This document shows, piece by piece, positions 39,402 to 47,519 of a DNA stretch of 64,000 nt (the stretch's first letter is position 1; each line of letters starts with the position of its first letter). The position numbers and the translations under genes are program-made. Under the pieces are notes generated by a model. That model was given only the letters and a program-made list of their open reading frames with translations, was not told the origin of the DNA and made no database searches. The stretch comes from an uncultured Candidatus Saccharibacteria bacterium (GTDB taxonomy: Bacteria > Patescibacteriota > Minisyncoccia > Phycocordibacterales > UBA918): assembly GCA_964353135.1 (NCBI GenBank), contig CAYGTV010000003.1, positions 26,718 through 90,717 on the forward strand, in the 5' to 3' direction.

Positions 39402-39710
39402 TTAGAAATCAAGCATCTTCTTAAAAGCTCTAGCAATTTTAATTGCATCAGTCTCTACAATTCTGTTTGGAATATGGATAGTATGGAAGCCATCTTCAGT
39501 GGAGTAAGCGTCTCTTTTAAAATCATCGGCCATCTGTATATGATCAGTGTAGTGGTTTGGCCCATCTACTTCTATATAAATTTTTCCCTTGGGAATATAG
39601 ATGTCAATATGCTTATGTTTGTCATAATACTCAAGCTTTGTTTCAACACCAACTGAATTCAGAGCCTCATTAAGCATGGCTGCATGCTTGGTTGGTTTTG
39701 ATTTATACAT
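39402..39710 (-). CDS. DUF559 / Vsr-like (PD-(D/E)xK fold) small protein, 17 nt upstream of the OLD gene and co-directional with it.
   Basis: IDIYIPKGKIYIEVDGPNHY...DDFKRDAYSTEDGFHTIHI matches the DUF559 core (E.DG..H ... R...L...G). Confidence 0.55.
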   Translation of the reverse strand: MYKSKPTKHAAMLNEALNSVGVETKLEYYDKHKHIDIYIPKGKIYIEVDGPNHYTDHIQMADDFKRDAYSTEDGFHTIHIPNRIVETDAIKIARAFKKMLDF

Positions 39711-39760
39711 CCAAACATTGTATCAAAAACTAGTATCATCCTGACTTAGATTGTCATCAC

Positions 39761-39835
39761 CGAATTTAAACACCCAAAAATAACCAAAAAAGCCCAAGGT
39801 CAGTACCTCGAACTTTTGAATGAGTTTATTGCAAC
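39761..39835 (+). repeat. Conserved intergenic element, copy 1 of 6.
   Basis: cacccaaaaataaccaaaaaagcccaaggtcagtacctcgaacttttgaatgagtttattg. Confidence 0.8.
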
Positions 39836-39907
39836 AGATTGATTTTCTGACATAAATATGGCTTTATACAGTTAGAAAAGTAACCAATTCGGCTAAAAGG
39901 ATTCGCC

Positions 39908-40336
39908 ATGAACCGTGAACTTGAAACGAGCGACCCAACTAAAGACGTTCCGCAAAAACCGAAACCAGATTTGTTTTGTACATTTTGCGGCAAAAGCCGG
40001 CACGAAGTAGATAAGCTCATCGCTGGACCTGTGTGCTACATCTGTGACGAATGCGTTGATTTGTGTAGATCAATCTTGTACAAGCCACCTGAGACACCCA
40101 GTATAGCGATGGACTTTGACTTGCTCCATGCGTTTCCTGAGAGCTTTCGTTTCTCTGGCGCAGTCACAATTCTCAAGCGCGATTCTCTTGATACGAAGAT
40201 TAGTGAGAGGTATGTGAATTTTTATAACCTGACTGCAGCAGAACTTACTGTGTTTGTCTCAAATCATTCAGTCGGGTTTAACACCCACGCCACAAAAATA
40301 AACCTCTGTGATATACATCCAGAGACGACAAGATAA
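39908..40336 (+). CDS. Orphan protein with N-terminal ClpX-type C4 zinc ribbon and an unknown C-terminal domain.
   Basis: [32 protein letters not shown] matches the ClpX Zn-binding domain; no AAA+ domain. Confidence 0.55.
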   Translation: MNRELETSDPTKDVPQKPKPDLFCTFCGKSRHEVDKLIAGPVCYICDECVDLCRSILYKPPETPSIAMDFDLLHAFPESFRFSGAVTILKRDSLDTKISERYVNFYNLTAAELTVFVSNHSVGFNTHATKINLCDIHPETTR

Positions 40337-40413
40337 CTGTGGTAATCAAAACAAAAAACCGGACCTTGAAACAGGCCCGGTTTTTGCATTATCAAAAACA
40401 AAGGCGTCATCAG

Positions 40414-40487
40414 TGAATTCGCCCACCCAAAATAACCAAAAAAGCCCAAGGTCAGTACCTGGGACTTTTGCATGGGTTTATTATGCC
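40414..40487 (+). repeat. Conserved intergenic element, copy 2.
   Basis: cccacccaaaataaccaaaaaagcccaaggtcagtacctgggacttttgcatgggtttattatg. Confidence 0.8.
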
Positions 40488-40503
40488 TAGTTAGAGAAAC
40501 TGA

Positions 40504-41424
40504 CTAAGCTACAAAATTGTCGATGTTGGCTTTGGTAAGTTTTAGTGCTCGTCCACGGTTTTCTTTGGTAAAGAAACCGGTGTGGGGAGTTACGTAAAAG
40601 TTTGGTAAGGCTAGAAATTTTTCTTTGCACTCTTTCCATTCTTCTGACTGATTTACGTCTGACCAACATTTTACGTCTACCCTCTCAACCAGAAAATCAT
40701 ACAGCTCGTTAATTTTTAGGACTTCAAATGTTCCCGGAATAAGAATTACACCGTCCTGGTTGAGGTTGACTAGATAGTCTTTCCCAAAACTATCTCGGGT
40801 TTCCAGTGTAATAGCAGACGTAATTGCCAACACATCTGTGTCTGTAGTTAGTTCTGCAACCGGTACAGATTGATACTCCACGTCTTTCTCATTTTGGCTG
40901 GCGTATTTTATAGACGCTCCAAAGAAGCTGCAAATTTCTGCAAACCTAGTACCGATTGAACCAAGTCCAAAGATCCCTACATTTTTAGAAGCAATTTCAC
41001 TTCCTTTAAAACCAGCAAAACTTTCACCACCTTCTTTTGCATACGTCATTGCTTCTGGAGTTTGGCGGATAAGGTTCAGGAGCATGTTGAGCATCAGTTC
41101 GCTAACACCATCGGTTGCCTGACCGTTGATGTTATCGATTGTAATATTGTTTTCTTTCAAAAATTCAAGATCAATCATCGACATACCAGTCCAATCGATA
41201 GCAATGTATTTTAATGTGTCCAAATCATAGTATTCGTTTTTGAAATCATCAAACACTCCTACTAGAAAGAAATCGACCCCCTTGAGATGATCAGCTGTGA
41301 GAACATTCTGATAATCGTCAGTTGCAGTGATAGTCGTCACCTCTTCGGCGTATTGTTGTGCCATTGTGGTCAGATCGTCAGACCCTTCAAATTCGTATAC
41401 CAACGCTTTCTTAAATGGTTTCAT
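40504..41424 (-). CDS. D-isomer-specific 2-hydroxyacid dehydrogenase family protein.
   Basis: NAD-binding GIFGLGSIGTRFAE; start moved to MKPFKK (41424) so the gene does not overlap element copy 3. Confidence 0.75.
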   Translation of the reverse strand: MKPFKKALVYEFEGSDDLTTMAQQYAEEVTTITATDDYQNVLTADHLKGVDFFLVGVFDDFKNEYYDLDTLKYIAIDWTGMSMIDLEFLKENNITIDNINGQATDGVSELMLNMLLNLIRQTPEAMTYAKEGGESFAGFKGSEIASKNVGIFGLGSIGTRFAEICSFFGASIKYASQNEKDVEYQSVPVAELTTDTDVLAITSAITLETRDSFGKDYLVNLNQDGVILIPGTFEVLKINELYDFLVERVDVKCWSDVNQSEEWKECKEKFLALPNFYVTPHTGFFTKENRGRALKLTKANIDNFVA

Positions 41425-41430
41425 ATTTTC

Positions 41431-41490
41431 CAGTATACCAAAAAAGCCCAAGGTCAGTACCTCGAACTTTTGAATGAGTTTATTGTGATG
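41431..41490 (+). repeat. Conserved intergenic element, copy 3.
   Basis: accaaaaaagcccaaggtcagtacctcgaacttttgaatgagtttattgtgatgg. Confidence 0.8.
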
Positions 41491-41496
41491 GAGTAA

Positions 41497-41922
41497 TTAT
41501 GACCAATCTGACAACTCAATTGGTTCACCTGACAAAATCAGCGGGAGTTTCTCATCTGGGATGATGCGGACTTTAAACTCGTTTGCACCTGCACTATGCA
41601 GTTTTACCAACCGGTGAAGACCATCGAGAATCATGTATTTACCGTGATTAAAATAAACGTCAATCGGATACGAAGTATCCGCCTGATCTACAGCCAACTG
41701 CTCTTTGCTGGTTCCCTCTTCTTTTTCTAGTACTTCGCGTGGAGTTACGGTATATCGCTCGCCATTGTCATGCTCCCAAAACGGACAATCCAAGTGCCAT
41801 TCTAGGTCAGCGAATGTAAGTGTGGTTACCGGCAGATCAACCGCCCACAATTTCTCCTCCTCCCAGTTACCGAAGTCAAGACCAACGGTGTTCCAATCAA
41901 ACTCTTTCGGGTCTTGTTTCAT
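41497..41922 (-). CDS. ParB/sulfiredoxin-like nuclease domain protein.
   Basis: KYMILDGLHRLVKL matches the ParB-N (DGxHR) core; 141 aa. Confidence 0.45.
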   Translation of the reverse strand: MKQDPKEFDWNTVGLDFGNWEEEKLWAVDLPVTTLTFADLEWHLDCPFWEHDNGERYTVTPREVLEKEEGTSKEQLAVDQADTSYPIDVYFNHGKYMILDGLHRLVKLHSAGANEFKVRIIPDEKLPLILSGEPIELSDWS

Positions 41923-41928
41923 ACAATT

Positions 41929-42483
41929 TTAATTAGCTGACAGCTCCCAAACTTTCTCAGGAACCCACTTACCATCTACTTTCTTTAGGACTGCAATATT
42001 GTCGAATTGCAGTTTCATATCTAGCTCCGGCAGTGTATGCAGGTAGTCCCACGTTTCTTTGAAATCAAACGGTTTGAGTGCTGCCATTGCGACAGTAGCG
42101 TGCAAGTCTCCTTCTATTTCATCATACTCGTCGAACGTCATTCCTTCTATATCGCGCATTGCGGTCATCACCGCACTAACTGTATCCAGCATTTTCTGCG
42201 ACGGTTCAACATCTACAAAAATAACCCCTTCACCAAAGTGGTTGTATCCGTGCAAACGATACGGACTTTGTTTATGCGTTTCAATAATTTTTTCTATTGC
42301 TGCATAAACAGCCTGTACCCCAACTTCATCAAGTTCAAACCAACGTTTGATAGTTAGATGTGGAACAACACGATCATGCACCGGAAACGCATCAAGTTTT
42401 TCTACCAGACTGCGAGTGATATTTTCATGTGCTTCTTTTGCTTCACCACGTATGAGGTGAACAATAATTCTTCGGTTATCCAT
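41929..42483 (-). CDS. 2H phosphoesterase superfamily protein (LigT / 2'-5' RNA ligase-like).
   Basis: Two H-x-T/S-x motifs (PHLTIK ... LHATVAM) at the expected spacing; 184 aa. Confidence 0.6.
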   Translation of the reverse strand: MDNRRIIVHLIRGEAKEAHENITRSLVEKLDAFPVHDRVVPHLTIKRWFELDEVGVQAVYAAIEKIIETHKQSPYRLHGYNHFGEGVIFVDVEPSQKMLDTVSAVMTAMRDIEGMTFDEYDEIEGDLHATVAMAALKPFDFKETWDYLHTLPELDMKLQFDNIAVLKKVDGKWVPEKVWELSAN

Positions 42484-42506
42484 TGTCTATGAGTATAGCA
42501 ATGATT

Positions 42507-42577
42507 CAACCACCCAAAAATCACAGCGAAAGTCTAATGTCAGTACTTCGGGCTTTTGCATGAGTTTTTTATTGCGG
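42507..42577 (+). repeat. Conserved intergenic element, copy 4 (diverged).
   Basis: caaccacccaaaaatcacagcgaaagtctaatgtcagtacttcgggcttttgcatgagttttttattgcgg. Confidence 0.7.
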
Positions 42578-42610
42578 TTAAGTAATAAACTCTTGCGATA
42601 TAATACAGAC

Positions 42611-43210
42611 ATGATGAGTAAACTATACAAAGGAGAAAAATCTTCTATTTTGTCGGCTTTGACATTTAATGATGGTGCATTTTGGGGTGCGGATATGTTT
42701 GCCGGAGTAGTGTTTGCACTTTATATAACCCAAAATATTCCCGGCGGGTCTGCCATCCATGTTGGTCTTGTATTTGGACTATATCGACTAATTCGTGCAA
42801 TTACTGCAATTCCTATTGGTCGTTTTTTAGACAAACATCGTGGACACTTGGATGAATACTACACCCTAATGACCGCTGGCGGTATTACCGGATTGGTATA
42901 CATTACACTTTTCTTTGCAACCGAATTGTGGCATGTGTACCTTGGTATCAGCTTTATCGCAATTGGTCACGCGTTAAATATTGGAGCGTGGAATGTATTA
43001 TTTTATGGAAATGTTTCAGAAGAAATACGCGGGCAAGCAATTGGTACGTACCAAATGTTTACGCAAATTATTTATGGATTAGCAATCATAATCGCCGGTT
43101 TCGTCGGAGAAATATTTGGATTTGAATGGACATTACTTTTTGCTGGCATAGTCACTCTGTTGAGCAGCCTCATTATGTGGTTTATATACGGAAGCAGAAA
43201 TAAGATGTAA
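42611..43210 (+). CDS. Half-size MFS-like membrane protein (six transmembrane helices); possibly a fragment.
   Basis: Resembles the C-terminal six-helix half of an MFS permease; start at ATGATG (42611) preceded by TATAAT. Confidence 0.45.
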   Translation: MMSKLYKGEKSSILSALTFNDGAFWGADMFAGVVFALYITQNIPGGSAIHVGLVFGLYRLIRAITAIPIGRFLDKHRGHLDEYYTLMTAGGITGLVYITLFFATELWHVYLGISFIAIGHALNIGAWNVLFYGNVSEEIRGQAIGTYQMFTQIIYGLAIIIAGFVGEIFGFEWTLLFAGIVTLLSSLIMWFIYGSRNKM

Positions 43211-43220
43211 ATATAGGATC

Positions 43221-43279
43221 ACCACACCAAAAAGCCCCGGGTCAGTACTTAGGGCTTTTACATGTGTTTATTGCGAGGA
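43221..43279 (+). repeat. Conserved intergenic element, copy 5 (best hairpin).
   Basis: caccacaccaaaaagccccgggtcagtacttagggcttttacatgtgtttattgcgagg; stem aaaagccc/gggctttt. Confidence 0.8.
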
Positions 43280-43290
43280 ATCAATTCTAG

Positions 43291-44628
43291 CTACACTAGA
43301 TGTTTTCGATATGCAAACACCAGCAACACTCCAAACCCAAAAACAAGAAAGCCAAATATAAGCGGTGCGGTCACCCCAAAACTAGCTGCAATTAGCCCAG
43401 CAAAAATTGATGGCAGGGCTTGACCAAGTGACTGCACACTAGCGTCGACTCCAAGTGCAGCTCCCTGGCTTTCTTTGTTGGCTTTGGCTGATACTACCGC
43501 TGTGACCGCTGTCCTCCCTACTGCGTTTGCGGCCGCAAAGAACACTATGATGAGCAGCAGCTCCCAGGTATTAGTACTCAGTGCAATCAAGAGCAAGGTG
43601 ACAGCTAGTGTGGCAAACGAAATATACAAAAGATTTACTTTTTGTACGAATTTATCGGCAAGTGGAACTAAGAGAACCTGAAACGGGATAATCAGAAAGC
43701 CAACATAGAAAAAGAAGAAACCAATTTGACTTTGACTATATCCCAGCCGACTGACCAAATATACTCCCAAGAAACTGGTAAACAAAGTAAAGCCAAAAGA
43801 GTAGACAAACGATAGTGAATATATACCTCTGGTTGCTGTGTTTGAAAACGCTCGCCCAATATTTCGCACCGCTCGAGCTGGCCTGATTTCGATAGTTGTG
43901 TCCATTGGTGATGTCTCGGGAAGAAACATATAAATAAACACCACATTCAAAAGAGATAAGATTCCTGAAATAACAAACACAAATGGCGCGCCAAAGAATG
44001 GCAGAATACTTGGATCAGAAAGTACCCCACCCAGCAACGGACCAAACATAAATCCAAACCCGAGTGAAGCACCAACTAAACCAAAGTTCTTGGCCCGGTC
44101 TTTTGGTTCAGAGATATCAGCCGCTACGGCTTGAGCAATCGCAATCGAACCACCGGTAATTCCGTCAAACAGACGAGCACCAAACAAGATACCTAAGCTA
44201 GCCACGAGAGCACCAAACGCAAATACAAAATTAGAAAGTCCTGTGCCTAAAATCGCTAGTCCTAAAATTAACCGCCGACCGTACCGGTCAGACAATTGTC
44301 CAAAAATTGGATTGGCAAAAAATTGACCAAAGGTATAAATAGCGAACAGCAACCCAAGCAAAATATATTGCATCTGTTGCGTCGTGTCTGGCGAGAGCAC
44401 ATAGATACTTGAATTTGGTTCGGTAAACATCAGCGGCAGTATAGGTATCACCAACGAAAAACCGATTACTTCAATAAAGACCGTCGCGCAAATCAGGTAG
44501 ATCGTATTGTTAGTTTTTCTCAAGACTGCAGTATAGCAAAATAGACAGAAAACGTACTGTTTTGAATCAGCAGTAACGGGTTTGACTAGCAAACACACTC
44601 TTTCACAACCGATATATACAAAAACCAA
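43291..44628 (-). CDS. MFS transporter (drug:H+ antiporter-like).
   Basis: Motif A GQLSDRYGRRLIL; about 12 transmembrane helices; 445 aa. Confidence 0.8.
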   Translation of the reverse strand: MVFVYIGCERVCLLVKPVTADSKQYVFCLFCYTAVLRKTNNTIYLICATVFIEVIGFSLVIPILPLMFTEPNSSIYVLSPDTTQQMQYILLGLLFAIYTFGQFFANPIFGQLSDRYGRRLILGLAILGTGLSNFVFAFGALVASLGILFGARLFDGITGGSIAIAQAVAADISEPKDRAKNFGLVGASLGFGFMFGPLLGGVLSDPSILPFFGAPFVFVISGILSLLNVVFIYMFLPETSPMDTTIEIRPARAVRNIGRAFSNTATRGIYSLSFVYSFGFTLFTSFLGVYLVSRLGYSQSQIGFFFFYVGFLIIPFQVLLVPLADKFVQKVNLLYISFATLAVTLLLIALSTNTWELLLIIVFFAAANAVGRTAVTAVVSAKANKESQGAALGVDASVQSLGQALPSIFAGLIAASFGVTAPLIFGFLVFGFGVLLVFAYRKHLV

Positions 44629-44668
44629 AAGTCAGCACCTTGAGCTTTTATATAGATTTATTGCGGTT
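44621..44668 (+). repeat. Conserved intergenic element, copy 6.
   Basis: caaaaaccaaaagtcagcaccttgagcttttatatagatttattgcgg. Confidence 0.7.
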
Positions 44669-44676
44669 ACATCATC

Positions 44677-45075
44677 CTACAAACAGCCTCTTCCGCGGAA
44701 TATTTCAGTGGCACTTGGTGTGTCACCGGCTTTGATTTCTTCTACCCGCGCGGCGCCGATGGCTTCGATAAAGCAGGCTTCTTGATCAGGGGTAATTTGC
44801 GAGGGCAAGCTAGCTGGATCAATCCCAAACGTTTCAAGTGCGGCTTCCTGACCAGCGTTTAACATTGGGTTGCTGTCAGCCGGTGCGCTAGCTGACTGAT
44901 TGGCAGGTTCACCAATTGCTGCTTCCCCGCTAGTAACAGTGCTTATAGTTTCTTGCATCGTTGTACCCGAACCACCTTGGAACGAGACATATAGCAGTAC
45001 TCCACCCAGGGCAATTAAAATACACAGGAAGATAACCCCGAGTCCGACGAAAAATATAGTTAGCGTTTTTTTCAT
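44677..45075 (-). CDS. Small secreted/anchored protein, hypothetical.
   Basis: Signal anchor MKKTLTIFFVGLGVIFLCILIALGG; 132 aa. Confidence 0.35.
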   Translation of the reverse strand: MKKTLTIFFVGLGVIFLCILIALGGVLLYVSFQGGSGTTMQETISTVTSGEAAIGEPANQSASAPADSNPMLNAGQEAALETFGIDPASLPSQITPDQEACFIEAIGAARVEEIKAGDTPSATEIFRGRGCL

Positions 45076-45109
45076 ATAGTCAGTATAGCAATATTACCTA
45101 TGCAGCACA

Positions 45110-45409
45110 CTATTTGAAAAATTCCCACACCACGTACACCGTCGCGAGGTTTTGCAAAATCAGTAGTGGAATCCCGATTTTGAAATACCATTTTTTGGTT
45201 TTGTGTCGAAAGGCCAGCATGCCAAGGTATACCCCAACACTACCAAACACCGTTGCCATAAAAAACATTCTCCCTTCGGAAATGCGCTGGACATTGTGCC
45301 CGCGAGTAGACCGACGTTTGTCATTCCACATGACTAGAAACGCCCAGAGGTTGACTAGTGCTAGAACTGCAACTAGTACCTGCCCAGTTGGTGTAGCTAG
45401 TAGCTGCAT
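45110..45409 (-). CDS. DUF1294 membrane protein.
   Basis: ...WNDKRRSTRGHNVQRISEGRMFFMATVFGSVGVYLGMLAFRHKTKKWYF matches the DUF1294 pattern. Confidence 0.55.
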   Translation of the reverse strand: MQLLATPTGQVLVAVLALVNLWAFLVMWNDKRRSTRGHNVQRISEGRMFFMATVFGSVGVYLGMLAFRHKTKKWYFKIGIPLLILQNLATVYVVWEFFK

Positions 45410-45411
45410 GA

Positions 45412-46659
45412 CTAGAGCACGAGTAGACTAGGAGCAAATACCAGTAGCGCACCAAGGGCTGCCATCAGCACCCCACCGATCAGTAACGACAGTTGGGCGT
45501 ATTTTTGTCCACTTGCTTCTAGCTTGCTGTAGCCCCAAATTGCTAGCCCAAAGACAATGACGTCATCAACCATGTATCCCAGCGTATACACCAAGATGTA
45601 CCACTGCCGTTCCATAAAGCTCAACATATTGAGTTCAAGGATTTTGGTATAGGCCTGTGGAATCCCAATTGAACATGCAAACTCGATCACGTTAACCGAA
45701 AACGCAATCAAAATAATCGCGCCAATAGTACCCAATGTCAGTGGCTGATTAACAATCGCTTTGAACCGGTTGATAGTTTTTGATTGTTGCTCGATATTAC
45801 TAATGTCACACACTAGTGCGGCGTCACGGTTTTTGTACCACCGGTACAGGAAAAATAGTCCCCCACCAAGAGCCAAGAACCCAACCAGTGGAGTCACAAT
45901 CTGATCGAGTGCTACAAAGTCCCAGGTTTTGTACCAAACGTTGAGGATCAAATTGTACATAATCCCCTCAGCCAAGATAAATAGTCCTGCTAGGAAAATC
46001 ATTTTCTTGCGACTCCCCGCCTGCGAGAGCAAAACCAAGAACGTGATCAGTACCCACATCGCACATGGGTTAAATCCATCTATTACACCCAATAAGGCTG
46101 ACAGTGTGAAAAGTGAAAATGATTTGAGGTCAACCACTCCGACAAAGGGCAGATCAAATATATACCCGGTCTCTTCCCCAGCGTCACACATCATATCGGT
46201 ACACCCACCACCTAGCTGTACGTCTTGCACGGGTGCCCGATCGAGATGCTCTTGGGGCGTACGGATGTCGGTATTAGCGGCGGCTGCTATCGCGGCTTTG
46301 ATACTGGCACCTGTGGTTTCTGGACCATTGAACCCCAGGATCACTCGCTCCCCAATGACTGTCAATGGAGTCACTTTTGACGTACCGTGTTTTTCTGCAA
46401 TAGCTGAAAACAGTCGTGCCGCCTCGTCGTCAGTGATTATATTTAAGTACTCGTACGCAATTCCTTCCTCTTGTAGCCACTCATGCTGTTTTTGACAAAA
46501 CCCACAGTCATCTCGACCCAGCATATATACAACCGCTGTATCAGTCGCACCTATCGCTTCTGGCTCTTGAGCGACAACTGTCGGTGTCACCATTACACTT
46601 GAAAAAATAACAGCACCAAACAGTAAGACCAACGAGGTGGCACGTAACAATGTATTCAT
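45412..46659 (-). CDS. Membrane protein with N-terminal glutaredoxin/thioredoxin-like domain (CGFC) fused to a CcdA/DsbD-like transmembrane thiol-disulfide domain.
   Basis: DCGFCQKQHEWLQEEGIAYEY (Grx CxxC); transmembrane domain with conserved Cys in GFNPCAMWVL. Confidence 0.55.
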   Translation of the reverse strand: MNTLLRATSLVLLFGAVIFSSVMVTPTVVAQEPEAIGATDTAVVYMLGRDDCGFCQKQHEWLQEEGIAYEYLNIITDDEAARLFSAIAEKHGTSKVTPLTVIGERVILGFNGPETTGASIKAAIAAAANTDIRTPQEHLDRAPVQDVQLGGGCTDMMCDAGEETGYIFDLPFVGVVDLKSFSLFTLSALLGVIDGFNPCAMWVLITFLVLLSQAGSRKKMIFLAGLFILAEGIMYNLILNVWYKTWDFVALDQIVTPLVGFLALGGGLFFLYRWYKNRDAALVCDISNIEQQSKTINRFKAIVNQPLTLGTIGAIILIAFSVNVIEFACSIGIPQAYTKILELNMLSFMERQWYILVYTLGYMVDDVIVFGLAIWGYSKLEASGQKYAQLSLLIGGVLMAALGALLVFAPSLLVL

Positions 46660-46701
46660 ACCAAATATAATACCAGATTTAAGTTATTGATGATATTATA
46701 C

Positions 46702-46725
46702 ATACCCCCTAGGGTATGCTATACT
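46702..46725 (+). promoter_or_regulatory. GC-cored palindrome ATACCC-cctA-GGGTAT abutting a TATACT -10; putative CsoR/CstR-type operator.
   Basis: Inverted repeat at 46702-46717; TATACT at 46720-46725; about 10 nt upstream of the CsoR-like ATG. Confidence 0.45.
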
Positions 46726-46734
46726 GTTGAACGT

Positions 46735-46986
46735 ATGCAAGATAAACAAACTAAACTTATTCACCATATTAGTCGCCTCGAAGGCCAGCTAGCGTCAGTC
46801 AAACGTGAACTACAACAAACCGAACCAAACTGTGAGAAAGCTGCTTTAACGCTCAAGGCTGCTTCCAGGTCATTCTCTACCCTGCGCATGTCATTTGTCA
46901 CCTGTTTCCTGGAGACTAAATATCTTTCCAAAAAACAAGAAACTGATGAAACCTACAAAGCGCTATTACAAGTAATCAACTCTTAA
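46735..46986 (+). CDS. CsoR/RcnR/CstR-family metal- or persulfide-sensing repressor.
   Basis: LIHHISRLEGQLASVKREL...C...H...C four-helix-bundle pattern (DUF156). Confidence 0.7.
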   Translation: MQDKQTKLIHHISRLEGQLASVKRELQQTEPNCEKAALTLKAASRSFSTLRMSFVTCFLETKYLSKKQETDETYKALLQVINS

Positions 46987-46988
46987 TT

Positions 46989-47510
46989 ATGAAACACATC
47001 AGCATCAACACGTTTAAAGAGGTAATCGAAAGTGAAGCCAGCAATCACACGGTTGCATTCATCAACGTCTGCACACCCGCAGAATACAAAGAAAAACACA
47101 TTGCAGGTGTACGCAACATCCCGCTCGACACACTCGAACAACACGCAAACGAACTTAACAATAAATCGACGGTGTATATCCACTGCCGATCAGGAAACCG
47201 TGGCCGACAAGCAATCGAAAAACTAGAAAAGCTTGGTGTCACCGCTGAACTAGTCAATGTAGAAGGTGGCCTAATGGCATGGCAAGAAGCGGGTTTTGCT
47301 ACCAAGTCTCTGACCAACCGACTACCAATCATGCGACAGGTGTTTATCGGTGCTGGAAGTATTGTGCTAGTTGGAACTGTGTTGACGTATCTGTTTGGTG
47401 AAATGTATCTACTCATTCCCCTCTTTGTATCACTAGGACTATTAGTTTCAGGACTAACCGGCTGGTGTGGAATGGCTCTATTACTTAGCAAGATGCCATG
47501 GAATAAATAA
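46989..47510 (+). CDS. Rhodanese-domain sulfurtransferase with C-terminal membrane (DUF2892-like) segment.
   Basis: Active-site loop YIHCRSGNRGRQA. Confidence 0.7.
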   Translation: MKHISINTFKEVIESEASNHTVAFINVCTPAEYKEKHIAGVRNIPLDTLEQHANELNNKSTVYIHCRSGNRGRQAIEKLEKLGVTAELVNVEGGLMAWQEAGFATKSLTNRLPIMRQVFIGAGSIVLVGTVLTYLFGEMYLLIPLFVSLGLLVSGLTGWCGMALLLSKMPWNK

Positions 47511-47519
47511 ATATAACTT

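Noticed and set aside
41425-41451. Longer start (41451) for the 2-hydroxyacid dehydrogenase.
   Set aside because: The extension runs into conserved repeat copy 3. The downstream Met (MKPFKK, 41424) leaves the element intergenic, as for the other five copies.
42560-42610. Longer start (42560) for the half-MFS ORF.
   Set aside because: It lies inside repeat copy 4. ATGATG at 42611, preceded by TATAAT, is the more plausible start.
39761-44668. Six repeated elements considered as a CRISPR array or integron attC sites.
   Set aside because: The 'spacers' are 0.5-1.4-kb protein-coding genes and the repeats are imperfect, so this is not CRISPR. No integrase is in the window and no clear R''/L''/L'/R' core (GTTRRRY) is present, so an integron is unproven. 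It is reported only as a cassette-like array.
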